Shown piece by piece: positions 1 through 9,019 of a stretch of DNA of 32,000 nucleotides. A program made the position numbers and the translations under genes. The first letter of the stretch is position 1; each line of letters begins with the position of its first letter. Source of the DNA: Candidatus Poseidoniaceae archaeon (GTDB lineage Archaea; Thermoplasmatota; Poseidoniia; Poseidoniales; Poseidoniaceae); NCBI GenBank assembly GCA_943789275.1, contig CALSTM010000001.1, forward strand, positions 120,001 through 152,000, given 5' to 3'. A model generated the notes under the pieces. It did not search any database. It was not told the origin of the DNA and saw only the letters and a list, made by a program, of their open reading frames with translations.

Positions 1-39
1 AGATTTGTAAAGGTAGGGCTAGGGAGCAAACTGATTGAC

Positions 40-1347
40 ATGTCTACAGTGGACGAGTACCTCGAACAAATTGAAGCATTGGACACCCTCCCTAAGGTTG
101 GTCTGTGTGTCGGTTTGATGGTTTTAGCGCTTGCTTTTTGCAAGTATTTTGTCCTACGGCCTTTCCGTAATTTAGTGACTCGGTCAAAGGCTCAATGGGA
201 CGATGCTCTCATTGTACCACTCTCGAACCGACTTTACTTCTTCGTCGTTGTGGCTGGCCTTCAATTATCCGGAGTTTGGGTTACCGACTCAGATTCGGAG
301 TTGCTTGAATCTCTGTTTCCGTACTTTAGCGTCATCTACATAATGACGACAACCTCCATCTTGAGCACCGGTATCAAGCACCTTGTCCCTGTCATTCTTG
401 GACGTTTCACTGCAAAGTCAAGCGTAACGGTTTCAGGTGGTAATCCTTTGATTGTGTTCATGTTGCGTGCAGTCACCTACTTTGTCGGTCTCAACCTTGC
501 GCTCAATGAACTGAACATCGAATTACTTGGTCTGTTCGCTTCATTGGCGGTCTTCTCCCTCATCATTGGATTGGCCGTTCAACAAACGCTCGGTAACATC
601 GTCAATTCATTCATGCTTGCAGTTGACCGGCCGTTTGAAGTCGGAGACCGTATTGAAGTCGAGGGCATGATTGGTACAGTTATCTCAATGGGTATTCTAT
701 CGACGAAGGTATTAGATCGAGATGAGAAACTGGTTGTTATCCCGAACAATTCACTTATTTCATCCACACTGGTGAACCACGCTCGTGGTGGTGGCGATGG
801 AATCGCAAGAAGAATTTCTGTAGTTGTCGACATTGGTGTCGACTACCGTGAGAGCATTGACCACGTCAAGGTCACAATGCTCAAATTAGCACGAGATTGT
901 CCATACACCATCGATTCACCTGAACCTCGAGTTCTTCTGGTCGAACTTGGTGATTTCGCTAAGGTGCTCCGATTGTACACTTGGGTTGCTGATTACAGCG
1001 ATGAATGGGTGACTCGTGACTGGCTGCTTAAGTCGTTAGATGAACGGTTTGAGCAAGAACATATTCGTATACCGTTCCCAACTGCAGTCGAGCTTTCCGG
1101 TGAAGAAGAGGAGATGCAATCCGGCGATGCTCGCTCGAAGGAGAGCCGTCAACTTGCTGCAAAGCGTCAGATGACCCGTGAAGACAGAAATCTTCGTAAG
1201 CAACGAGATGAAGCTCGTGAGGAACTCGAAAACATCCAAGAGATGCTACGAGATACCGGTATCAGTAAGGAAGAACGTGCTGACCTGGATAACAGAGCAA
1301 TTGAGTTGTCCAAGACGCTTACCATGTTCGATACCGATGATGATTGA
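40..1347 (+). CDS. mscS: Small-conductance mechanosensitive channel (MscS family) with a long charged C-terminal tail
   Basis: N-terminal TM helices, then the MscS core pattern GNIVNSFMLAVDRPFEVGDRIEVEGMIGTVISMGILSTKVLDRDEKLVVIPNNSLISSTLVNH. The last ~85 aa are K/E/R/D-rich and look like coiled coil. Confidence 0.9.
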   Translation: MSTVDEYLEQIEALDTLPKVGLCVGLMVLALAFCKYFVLRPFRNLVTRSKAQWDDALIVPLSNRLYFFVVVAGLQLSGVWVTDSDSELLESLFPYFSVIYIMTTTSILSTGIKHLVPVILGRFTAKSSVTVSGGNPLIVFMLRAVTYFVGLNLALNELNIELLGLFASLAVFSLIIGLAVQQTLGNIVNSFMLAVDRPFEVGDRIEVEGMIGTVISMGILSTKVLDRDEKLVVIPNNSLISSTLVNHARGGGDGIARRISVVVDIGVDYRESIDHVKVTMLKLARDCPYTIDSPEPRVLLVELGDFAKVLRLYTWVADYSDEWVTRDWLLKSLDERFEQEHIRIPFPTAVELSGEEEEMQSGDARSKESRQLAAKRQMTREDRNLRKQRDEAREELENIQEMLRDTGISKEERADLDNRAIELSKTLTMFDTDDD

Positions 1348-1359
1348 GTGAATCATCGG
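1334..1359 (+). terminator. Hairpin spanning the mscS stop codon (CCGATGAT-N10-ATCATCGG)
   Basis: Perfect 8-bp inverted repeat 1334-1341 / 1352-1359 around the TGA at 1345-1347. No strong T-run follows, so a terminator role is uncertain. Confidence 0.3.
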
Positions 1360-1456
1360 CTCAATTTCAACCAAGGTTGTTTCAGAGTTTTGATCTGAAT
1401 GTTGGATGGTAGTTTGTTGGATTTAACGTGCGCTCCTCATTAAAGGAATCATCAGC

Positions 1457-1533
1457 AATGTGGTGATGATTTCATACGACTGCTTAGAGTTAAGTGCCTT
1501 CTTTCGCTCAAAAGTCGATGATGCTCGTGCGGG
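1457..1533. repeat. Degenerate direct copy of the DedA 3' end (1457-1500 vs 1793-1834) plus a copy of the tRNA-Glu 3' end and flank (1513-1533 vs 1664-1684)
   Basis: AATGTGGTGA is exact in both copies, followed by ~70-75% identity with small indels over ~45 nt (aligned by eye). GATGCTCGTGC is exact at 1520-1530 and 1670-1680, with similar AGTC/GGG flanks. Confidence 0.5.
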
Positions 1534-1671
1534 TCTCAAGCATTATGCTAAAAATGTCGTTGGCAAGAAATGCAATACCCCGTTTCGACACCGAAAAGGG
1601 GGTGGATGGGTAAGATTTCAACCGTTTTTTGAGTAAAATAAACGCGTTACTGCGTGCTATTTGAGTCAAGA

Positions 1672-1746
1672 TGCTCGTGCCGGGATTCGAACCCGGGTCG
1701 GCGGGATGAAAACCCACTATGATGGACCTGGCTACACCACACGAGC
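1672..1746 (-). tRNA. tRNA-Glu (anticodon UUC)
   Basis: The reverse complement GCTCGTGTGGTGTAGCCAGGTCCATCATAGTGGGTTTTCATCCCGCCGACCCGGGTTCGAATCCCGGCACGAGCA folds as a cloverleaf. It has a 7-bp acceptor stem, anticodon stem GTGGG/CCCGC with loop TTTTCAT (anticodon TTC), and T-arm CCGGG-TTCGAAT-CCCGG. No CCA is encoded. Confidence 0.9.
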
Positions 1747-1806
1747 GACAGCCTGTCCACCAACCTCCCCTTGATAATGATTCGCACCATCGAATGTGGT
1801 GAGGAT

Positions 1807-2430
1807 TCAATCGACTGTGTCTGAGTCAGTGCTTATTGATTCAAGTTCAATGCCAGACCACCATTTCCAAACAAACCATGCCAGTATCGAGGCGAGTATC
1901 ATGCCTAAGCCGAGAATGATTTCATTATCGAGAAACCAGTTTATGGAATCAATGGCAGCATTTCCATAAATACCGATCAAGGCTGCCTCCAAGCCAAAAC
2001 GTAATCCTCTACCGAGCAATCCAGCGGTGATGAAGGGTTTCTTTTCCATCTCGCCCATACCAGCCACCCATCCAAAGACCTTGTACGGAATCGGTGAGAA
2101 TGCAGCAATGAATATTCCAAAGGTGCCGTATCGAAGGGCCAGTGCCTCAATTTTATCAAGGTGGGATTGCTTTGAGAACCTCCCAATGAAAGACCTGCCC
2201 CATCGCCTTCCAATCCAGTAACCGACAAGCGAACCTGCTACCGATGAGAGAGTGACAGTGAGCCACAGCCAAACAACAAGGGGTGTATCTCCCATGGCGT
2301 CTGCCAACATCGGTATGTACAGCAAGTCTGGCGGGATTGGCTGGAGAATTGATTCCGTAAAAGAGAGTACAGCCAAACTCGCAGGGCCAAAGATGTCGAA
2401 AAAGTCGAGTATGGATTGCTTCCACGACAT
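1807..2430 (-). CDS. DedA/YqaA-like (SNARE-associated, VTT-domain) membrane protein
   Basis: From the internal ATG at 2430 (MSWKQSILDFF...), the protein is 207 aa and multi-TM. It shows a YqaA-like pattern (FTESILQPIPPDLL..., GSLVGYWIGRRWG, LRYGTFGIFIAAFSPIPYKVFGWVAGM). The ORF-track 5' extension to 2778 overlaps the Nob1-like gene and does not look like protein. Confidence 0.75.
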   Translation of the reverse strand: MSWKQSILDFFDIFGPASLAVLSFTESILQPIPPDLLYIPMLADAMGDTPLVVWLWLTVTLSSVAGSLVGYWIGRRWGRSFIGRFSKQSHLDKIEALALRYGTFGIFIAAFSPIPYKVFGWVAGMGEMEKKPFITAGLLGRGLRFGLEAALIGIYGNAAIDSINWFLDNEIILGLGMILASILAWFVWKWWSGIELESISTDSDTVD

Positions 2431-2495
2431 GACATTCGCTCCATACTCATAGCCATGAAGGTGTGGGTGTGCGGTGACTTCAAGGAGTGCATTCG

Positions 2496-3002
2496 ATGGT
2501 AGTCGTTTTGATGCGAGTCCTCGATACAGCGGCTTTACTTCACTGGCCAGTTCACGAACTGAACGGTAACATCTGTTCTGTTGGCCAACAAGCGGAATTG
2601 GAACGTGTAAGTCCACAACGTTGGATGCTTGTTCAAGCCCTCGACATTGATTGGCGCGATGCGGATGCAGCATGGCTGAATCAAGCACGTGAATGCGCAG
2701 CACAAAGCGGTGACTTGCCTCGTCTTTCGGACGTCGATATCGAGGTTTTAGCGCTTGCACTGGGGCTCCAACTTCCACTTGTTACAGATGATTATCGTCT
2801 TCAAAACACAATGAAATTTTCGGGGCGCGAGTCGACCTCGGTCGATACCAAAGGAGCGAAGCAAGTTTGGACTTGGATTCGGCGTTGCACTGGCTGCCGA
2901 CATACGACGGAAGTGCCCGAGGACGTAGCACGCTCAAAGAAAGGAAATGTTGGTGACTGTGACCGATGCGGCGCAGCACTCGTTCTGAAAAGAAAACGCT
3001 GA
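2496..3002 (+). CDS. Nob1-like endonuclease (PIN domain plus C-terminal zinc ribbon)
   Basis: PIN-type N-terminus MRVLDTAALL and acidic motif LVTDDYRLQN. The C-terminal ribbon is CTGC...CDRC. AAGGAG at 2482-2487 precedes ATG 2496; alternative starts are GTG 2487 and ATG 2511. Confidence 0.7.
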   Translation: MVVVLMRVLDTAALLHWPVHELNGNICSVGQQAELERVSPQRWMLVQALDIDWRDADAAWLNQARECAAQSGDLPRLSDVDIEVLALALGLQLPLVTDDYRLQNTMKFSGRESTSVDTKGAKQVWTWIRRCTGCRHTTEVPEDVARSKKGNVGDCDRCGAALVLKRKR

Positions 3003-3305
3003 TTATTCTTCAGAACTGTTCGTGAGCGTTTCGAGGGCTGAAGTTTTTCGCTCAAGTTCCTCAATATCCATTCCCGCAGGATCGATACCCACTGCACGAG
3101 CTCGTTCGTTGAGCAGTTGGTTTGGAGTTTTACCGCCTGCTTCAAGGTCAGTGATTGTACGTGAAGTGTCCGTGAGTCCTTTTTGGAACTCACCCTTTGA
3201 GCGGCCAAGTGCGTTTGCCATCTTCGGCAATCGCTCTGCACCGAACAGAACAAAGAATAGTCCGACAAGTATCGTTAGTTCAAGTGGTCCTAAACCGCCA
3301 ATCAT
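3003..3305 (-). CDS. tatA: Twin-arginine translocase subunit TatA/E
   Basis: A single N-terminal TM (LELTILVGLFFVLFG) is followed by the amphipathic TatA signature GAERLPKMANALGRSKGEFQKG and an acidic tail. Confidence 0.9.
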   Translation of the reverse strand: MIGGLGPLELTILVGLFFVLFGAERLPKMANALGRSKGEFQKGLTDTSRTITDLEAGGKTPNQLLNERARAVGIDPAGMDIEELERKTSALETLTNSSEE

Positions 3306-3376
3306 GCTTCTTCCTCAGTGTGTGCACGGCGTGGGTAGTGTTGAACTCTTCGGCCGAACATTCCCTTTTTCTTCTA

Positions 3377-3628
3377 TTAGCCGCCAGAAACTGGAGGCAA
3401 CAGTGCTAATTCATCTCCTGTTTGAAGCGTGGTTTCACTGGAGCACTGCACTCCATTTACTGCAAAAAGCAGTCCTTTCCACTGCATTGAATGCAGGCCG
3501 AGGATAGCTACTGCCTCGCCAATACGGGTGTTCTGAGTGAATTCCAACTCTTTCCTTTTCCAGCCGAGGGTCTCAGCGAGGGGGCCGAATGTGAGAACGG
3601 TGACGCAGAGTACCTTTTCACCGTTCAT
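3377..3628 (-). CDS. MoaD/ThiS-family ubiquitin-like sulfur carrier (SAMP-like), C-terminal GG
   Basis: The 83-aa product from ATG 3628 ends in ...GDELALLPPVSGG, matching the MoaD C-terminal pattern (..FPPVTGG). The longer ORF-track start at 3676 would leave only 3 nt to the divergent ABC gene. Confidence 0.8.
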   Translation of the reverse strand: MNGEKVLCVTVLTFGPLAETLGWKRKELEFTQNTRIGEAVAILGLHSMQWKGLLFAVNGVQCSSETTLQTGDELALLPPVSGG

Positions 3629-3679
3629 GTTGCTGCTTTGAAGCGGTAGTTTATCAACGCATTCGGTTGTCCTCAATGC

Positions 3680-4378
3680 ATGGGCCCCGTGATGAAAGCG
3701 ACACGAGTGTGGAAAATCTATCCATCAGGGGAATCTACAGTTCAAGCGGTGAAAGGTGTCGACGTGAGCGTTGATGCTGGTGAAATGGTGGCCATCATGG
3801 GCCCTTCTGGATGTGGGAAAACAACGCTGTTGAACATTCTTTCAGGCATTGATGAGCCAAATTCTGGCGATGTGCATGTGAACGGTGAACCCCTGTTTGG
3901 AATATCTGACAATCAACGTACACGTATGCGGGCTGAGTACCTGGGTTTCATTTTCCAAGATTTTAATCTCCTACCTGTCCTTTCTGCGGTCGAAAATGTC
4001 GAACTACCACTCCTTTTGCTCGGTAACTCCGCCTCAGAAGCACGGGCAGGTGCACTGGAGGCGCTTCAGTCTGTTGGACTCTCTGACAGAGCGGAACATC
4101 TCCCCTCGGAACTGTCTGGTGGTCAGCAGCAACGGGTTGCAGTCGCACGAGCACTTGTTCACAATCCTGCGGTCATTCTTTGCGATGAGCCGACGGGTAA
4201 TCTTGACTCAGTGACATCTTCAGAAGTTCTTGAATTGCTCCACACACTGAACCGTGAACGCAACACGACTTTCCTCATCGTTACCCACGACCCTATGATT
4301 GCTGAACGGTGCACAAGGACATTACAGATGTCTGACGGAACAATTGTTGAAGACCGGCGTAATGATGAGGAGGAATGA
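3680..4378 (+). CDS. ABC transporter ATP-binding protein, MacB/LolD type
   Basis: Walker A GPSGCGKTT, Q-loop, signature LSGGQQQRVAVARAL, Walker B ILCDEPTGNLD, H-loop VTHD. The stop overlaps the next start (ATGA at 4375-4378). An alternative start is ATG 3692. Confidence 0.95.
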   Translation: MGPVMKATRVWKIYPSGESTVQAVKGVDVSVDAGEMVAIMGPSGCGKTTLLNILSGIDEPNSGDVHVNGEPLFGISDNQRTRMRAEYLGFIFQDFNLLPVLSAVENVELPLLLLGNSASEARAGALEALQSVGLSDRAEHLPSELSGGQQQRVAVARALVHNPAVILCDEPTGNLDSVTSSEVLELLHTLNRERNTTFLIVTHDPMIAERCTRTLQMSDGTIVEDRRNDEEE

Positions 4379-7300
4379 ACCTGTTTCTCCAGTTGTTATC
4401 ACTTTTCATCATGGTCACACTGCTTAGTGCAGTATCGACTCTCGGTATAGGAAGGTGGAAACAACTTGGCGCTTGGCGAGTTCTATTGCTGATTTTTGCA
4501 CCTGTCGCTGATGCCTACATTGCCTTCTTTTTTCTTGAATGGATTTCGGTTTCGGGGGCTACCTTGTGGGCGGGTTCGTTCGCGCTCGGTTTGATGAGTC
4601 ATGTCTTACTTCAACCCCTGTTGGTACCTCAGCGCTTGGTGGTTTGGAGATTAGCTACAAAGAACATCCTTCGTCGTAAACGACAGGCTGCATTGCTCAT
4701 GGTTGGCTTGGTCGTCGCTTCCGCAATCATCACCTCCTCGATGGTTGTTGGCGATTCATTGGATGCTACCGTTCGAAACGAAGTGGAAGGCTCATGGGGC
4801 CAGACTGACATCACCGTTTCAGGCTTTGACCTCTCAATTGGAGAGCGAGTTACACTTTCAGAAACGGTGGCACATGACGTTTGGAATGGGATACAAACCA
4901 ACACCCTGTTGAACGCCTCCATTGAAGGTCAACAGCAAGGCATTGTAGCCGCAGTCAGCGCTTCATCGCCTGCTTCATCGCTAACGGGAGTGACTTGGAT
5001 GGCGATGAACAGTTCCATCGATTCCATCGGTCATTGGCCGAATATAGGCTCCAAGACATCAGGGATTCGGTATTCTGCTCTCAATGAAGCCAATTTCTTT
5101 TCTCAACAACATCAAGTTGCGGTCAATCAAGTGTTGGCAGATGAGTTAGGTCTTGCCAAGGGTGACGTTTTTGATTTAGGTTGGTACGTTACCGAAAACA
5201 GTCAACGTAAGCGTATTGATTCACAAGTAAGCGTCTTTGCAGTGGTATCAAACCAAGGCCAGGGCGCTTCTGCAGGAACACAAGCGCCTGCAATCTTTAC
5301 AGATTTGCAAACTGCACAATCCATGCAACTGATGAATGGACGAATCAACATGCTGTACTACGCTGTTGATGCAAAACATGAGCAGGCCGAACAAATCCAA
5401 CCGGTCGTTGAGGAATTAGAGCGAATTCTTGACCAATTCATACGAGCGGAGGATATTGGAATTTCTTTGGATCTCGACCTACCGAGTAATTCGATGACGC
5501 TTTCTTCATCACAAGGCTTAGGTCGACTCTCTGGTGAATTGGTCCGAGGGCTAAGAGAAAACCTCTCCATTCTTTCACCGGATACCAGCATGATGGAAGT
5601 TTTGCAAGTTCCAATGGTCGAGATGGAGTATGAGAATCAGCAAGTTTTGACGCTTGCTGATTCAGAAATTACTGAGTTATGGCCAGGACAACGTGGACTT
5701 TGGCATTTCTCTCCAAGCGGAGCAGGTTTTCAAATCGAAGGCGATGGTGATGCTTGGGTTTGGAGGGTTGATGAGAATGGAATTGCGAACGATTTCACTC
5801 TCGATGGCTCTGGGCAGTACGGTCTTATTGCAACGGGAGGTGAACTCATCGTAGGGTATGAAGGAGAACTTGATGACGATCAATGGGCATCGTTTTCCTC
5901 ATCAGGGACTTTCCTTTCCGTTGCACAGGCCACCGACGGTTGGTGGGCATTGGAACAGGTGAATGCAAGCCTGAACCTTCATTTATTCAATCTGGATTTG
6001 AGTGAACATGAGACGACAACGCTTGACATTGAGGTGCCAACAACCATCTTGTCGACTCACCTACTCAGCAGTGATTTCCTGTATTTAGAAGTCGAAGGGT
6101 TGCTTTCCTCTTCTCGGTACTCCTCGCCGCTTTCCAGTGTACAATTCACTGAGTTGGAGGTTGGAGCTGAGTGGCCAAATCAAACTGTTGCAGCGGCTGA
6201 TGCCGAATTGCATCCAATGTGTGACGGTGCAGCATCACTCACCTTGTTTTCAACACCTGAACATTGGTGTACCGTTGACGAAGGCCTCATACGTTGGGAT
6301 TCCTCGACAAACGACATTCTTTCATTACGCATTCCTATCGTTTCAACAGCCGGTGGATTCGGCGTTCTCCCACAATTGTATCTGGCCTTTGGTGGAGGTG
6401 AATCGCCGATGTTGGTCGAGTCTGGTGAAGTTTTACTCAGTCAGCGGTTAGGGGCTTTGCCATTGGTAGAGAATGAGAGTCATTTCTGGGTGAAGGGATT
6501 AATCCCTTACGCCTTTGGCGACAATACGGCGCACAGACTCGCCTATGGTGGCTCATATGCGGATATTGAGGGGTTCGAAACTTTGACTGATCTTGATTCA
6601 GTAGTTTTGGGTCTTGTTTCGCTCTCCGACGGGGAAATGCTTGCATCCGGTGGCGAAGATGAACGTTCACTGGTCGTTCTTTCTCTCGATGGAGAACTGA
6701 ACGGTTCTTCCGAGAATATCATTCAATGGCTTGATGGCTATGCAAACTCGACGGGAGCAAATCTCGAAATACGGGCAGTGAAAGTAGAGGCAGCAGCAAT
6801 GGCTGAAGAATCATCAGGTGTATTGGCAGCCATGTTTTTGGTGTTTGGAACATTCACTATCGTTGCAGGAATTCTTCTTGTCTTGACCATCGTGATGATG
6901 CTCGCAGAATCACGACGCTCCGAGTTGGGCACCATGAGGGCACTTGGTGTGTCTCAGTCCGACGCAAGGGCGCTTGCGGTTCAAGAAGGAATCCTTCTTT
7001 CTGCACTTGCCAGTGCTGTTGGAAGTATAGTTGGAATTGTTTTGGCTTGGTTCATCAGCATCGGTTTCAAGAACATGTTTGCATCTGTTGGGTCGAACCA
7101 GTTTCGTTTCGCATGGGAATGGAACTCCCTGTTTTCAGGCGCAGTTTGGGGTTTTCTGTTGGCATTAACAACCATATGGGTTTCTGCACTTTGGACATCT
7201 CGGCTGAACATTTTACTCGCTCTTAAGGGAGGTCGAACTCCTCGCTCAGAAGGCATTCCAATGCTCCTTGTGTTGATTCAGATTATCGCACTTGGTGGCG

Positions 7301-8985
7301 GCCTACTTAGCCTAGGCCTGTTGTTCATTTTTGGTTTCGACTCCTCGATGTCGTATTTCCTCTGGATGCTGTCGGGAGTGTTCGGTATCGTGCTGTTGAT
7401 GCCTCTTTTCACCTGGATAGTTCCAGTCTTGTTGCGTGGTAAAAATCGCACATGGCAGCGTTTTTGGAGGCATGCGAATCGCAATACATTGGCATGGCTC
7501 GGCGTTACCTTGTTGGTTTGGACGGTTGGGCTTGCAAGTGTTGACCCGGTACGCAAGGGAATGGAGCCAGACGAAATTTCGTTCATTGCATTGGGACTGG
7601 TCGAAGTCTTTGCTGGCGTTCTTTTACTCACCAGTGCAGCACCCATGATCGTTGGACGATTAGGGAAATCCAAATTACTAACAAAGCGTTGGGGACCTGT
7701 TCTTCCAGTTTCCTTGGCCTACCCTCTGGCAACTCCAGTACGAACTGCTGTAGTCATGGGCATGTTTTCGATTACCGTGTTTTCGGTTATTGTTCTTGGA
7801 GGATATGCAGAGCAATTCGATAATTACACAAGTTCATTTGTCGAAGAAGCAGAAGGTGAGTATGAATTGTTGCTCACCGGTTCACGTTCCAGCCCAATTG
7901 TTTTATCCGAGAATGTATCGGAATGGAATCTCTCTTCAGGACTTGAATCACACATCGATTCAGTTGCTCGAGTGCACCGCGGTGAAGTGTTCCTTGAGGA
8001 CAGTTCGGGTGAGCGAATGCCGTACGTCGTTCGTGGGTTCGACGAGGCCTTTTCTGCGCATGGTGGTTTGCCTCTCTATCTCTGGGATACCTCTCTGGGT
8101 TCGAATGAATACGAAGTATGGTCGACGGTCTCAAATCGCGATGATTTGGTGATTCTCGATGCCTCATTTGGACTTGAATCTCTTGCCGATGGGAATGGAA
8201 TATCCATGCTAAGTTTTTCAATTGGAGATTCGATTTCCCTAATTGATATATCCAACCCTGGGAATACGCGAAATGTGCAAGTTGCAGGGTTCCTTGAACA
8301 GTCTTCATATCTGTTTTCTGCAGGCGTATGGATGAACGATGATGTTGTCGTGGAACAGTTCGATGGTCGTCTCACTCGCATGTATGTCAGCGTCGCTGAC
8401 GACGCTACCCCTTCGCCTCAGTTTGATGATGAAAGTACAGCGGATTTTTCACCTACTGGAAAGAGCCGTGATGTGCGCTTGACAGCGGCTGAAATGGAGT
8501 CTGAGTTGACACCTCTTCTCAACGGTAAGGGTGTTCAAGTTTCGGTTATTTCCGATGAGGTGTTGATTCTACAGTCCTTGGTGTTAGCATTACTGGGGAT
8601 TTTCGAAGGTTACCTCGCCTTGGGGCTCATCGTTGGAATCGCTGGTATCGGCGTAGTTACCGTTCGCTCTGTGTCAGAACGAAGCACTTCCATCGGCATA
8701 TTGAGGGCACTCGGCTATCGAAAAAGCATGGTCTTCATGTCGTTTTTCATTGAAGTGTCCTGGGTAAGTGTTCTTGGAATGGTGAACGGTATCTTGGTGG
8801 CTGTTGGCTTCCATCGTGCGCTCTACACTGCTTTTTGGGAGGATCAAGGTGCGAGTTTTACCCTTCCACTTGAATCCATCTTCATGGTCTTTTTCGGAGG
8901 TTGGTTGCTGGTTTTACTTGCCACATACCTTCCCATTCGAAGAGCGTCAAATGTCCCTGCGTCCGCATCGTTACGGGCGGTGTAA
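4375..8985 (+). CDS. Giant fused ABC permease with two FtsX-like domains (YbbP/MacB-like topology) and very large extracytoplasmic domains
   Basis: GAGGAGGA lies upstream of the ATG. There are two copies of the FtsX cytoplasmic-loop signature (ESRRSELGTMRALGVSQSDA... and SERSTSIGILRALGYRKSMV...). Each is preceded by a TM1-type segment (ATKNILRRKRQAALLMVGLVVASAII; PVRTAVVMGMFSITVFSVIVLG) and a soluble insert (~690 aa at about 4750-6815; ~245 aa at about 7825-8560). Extra TM helices sit at the N-terminus and between the two units. Confidence 0.85.
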   Translation: MNLFLQLLSLFIMVTLLSAVSTLGIGRWKQLGAWRVLLLIFAPVADAYIAFFFLEWISVSGATLWAGSFALGLMSHVLLQPLLVPQRLVVWRLATKNILRRKRQAALLMVGLVVASAIITSSMVVGDSLDATVRNEVEGSWGQTDITVSGFDLSIGERVTLSETVAHDVWNGIQTNTLLNASIEGQQQGIVAAVSASSPASSLTGVTWMAMNSSIDSIGHWPNIGSKTSGIRYSALNEANFFSQQHQVAVNQVLADELGLAKGDVFDLGWYVTENSQRKRIDSQVSVFAVVSNQGQGASAGTQAPAIFTDLQTAQSMQLMNGRINMLYYAVDAKHEQAEQIQPVVEELERILDQFIRAEDIGISLDLDLPSNSMTLSSSQGLGRLSGELVRGLRENLSILSPDTSMMEVLQVPMVEMEYENQQVLTLADSEITELWPGQRGLWHFSPSGAGFQIEGDGDAWVWRVDENGIANDFTLDGSGQYGLIATGGELIVGYEGELDDDQWASFSSSGTFLSVAQATDGWWALEQVNASLNLHLFNLDLSEHETTTLDIEVPTTILSTHLLSSDFLYLEVEGLLSSSRYSSPLSSVQFTELEVGAEWPNQTVAAADAELHPMCDGAASLTLFSTPEHWCTVDEGLIRWDSSTNDILSLRIPIVSTAGGFGVLPQLYLAFGGGESPMLVESGEVLLSQRLGALPLVENESHFWVKGLIPYAFGDNTAHRLAYGGSYADIEGFETLTDLDSVVLGLVSLSDGEMLASGGEDERSLVVLSLDGELNGSSENIIQWLDGYANSTGANLEIRAVKVEAAAMAEESSGVLAAMFLVFGTFTIVAGILLVLTIVMMLAESRRSELGTMRALGVSQSDARALAVQEGILLSALASAVGSIVGIVLAWFISIGFKNMFASVGSNQFRFAWEWNSLFSGAVWGFLLALTTIWVSALWTSRLNILLALKGGRTPRSEGIPMLLVLIQIIALGGGLLSLGLLFIFGFDSSMSYFLWMLSGVFGIVLLMPLFTWIVPVLLRGKNRTWQRFWRHANRNTLAWLGVTLLVWTVGLASVDPVRKGMEPDEISFIALGLVEVFAGVLLLTSAAPMIVGRLGKSKLLTKRWGPVLPVSLAYPLATPVRTAVVMGMFSITVFSVIVLGGYAEQFDNYTSSFVEEAEGEYELLLTGSRSSPIVLSENVSEWNLSSGLESHIDSVARVHRGEVFLEDSSGERMPYVVRGFDEAFSAHGGLPLYLWDTSLGSNEYEVWSTVSNRDDLVILDASFGLESLADGNGISMLSFSIGDSISLIDISNPGNTRNVQVAGFLEQSSYLFSAGVWMNDDVVVEQFDGRLTRMYVSVADDATPSPQFDDESTADFSPTGKSRDVRLTAAEMESELTPLLNGKGVQVSVISDEVLILQSLVLALLGIFEGYLALGLIVGIAGIGVVTVRSVSERSTSIGILRALGYRKSMVFMSFFIEVSWVSVLGMVNGILVAVGFHRALYTAFWEDQGASFTLPLESIFMVFFGGWLLVLLATYLPIRRASNVPASASLRAV

Positions 8986-9019
8986 TTGTTACATCCTTGC
9001 GAACTGAATGATTCATGTG

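Noticed and set aside
1580-1589. Shared 10-mer CCGTTTCGAC between the hairpins at 1578-1601 and 12299-12324
   Set aside because: Many identical 10-mer pairs are expected by chance in 32 kb, and the flanks do not align. It is not evidence of a repeat family.
1508-1810. 100-aa minus-strand ORF
   Set aside because: It runs straight through tRNA-Glu (1672-1746) and the spacer. The composition is not protein-like, so it is a chance ORF.
2431-2778. 5' extension of the DedA ORF (ORF track 1807-2778, 323 aa)
   Set aside because: The extra 116 codons (MEVGAPVQALKPRYRRPKDE...) do not look like protein, and they overlap the well-supported Nob1-like gene on the other strand. The DedA homology begins at the internal ATG 2430.
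2801-3507. ORFs 2801-3268(-) and 3022-3507(+), plus other 60-110-aa ORFs over the Nob1/TatA/MoaD region
   Set aside because: These are alternative-frame or antisense shadows of clearly recognisable genes (Nob1-like, TatA, MoaD-like). None has a recognisable motif.
3629-3676. Longer start for the MoaD-like gene (99 aa)
   Set aside because: It would leave only 3 nt for two divergent promoters. The MoaD-like fold begins at MNGEKVL (ATG 3628).
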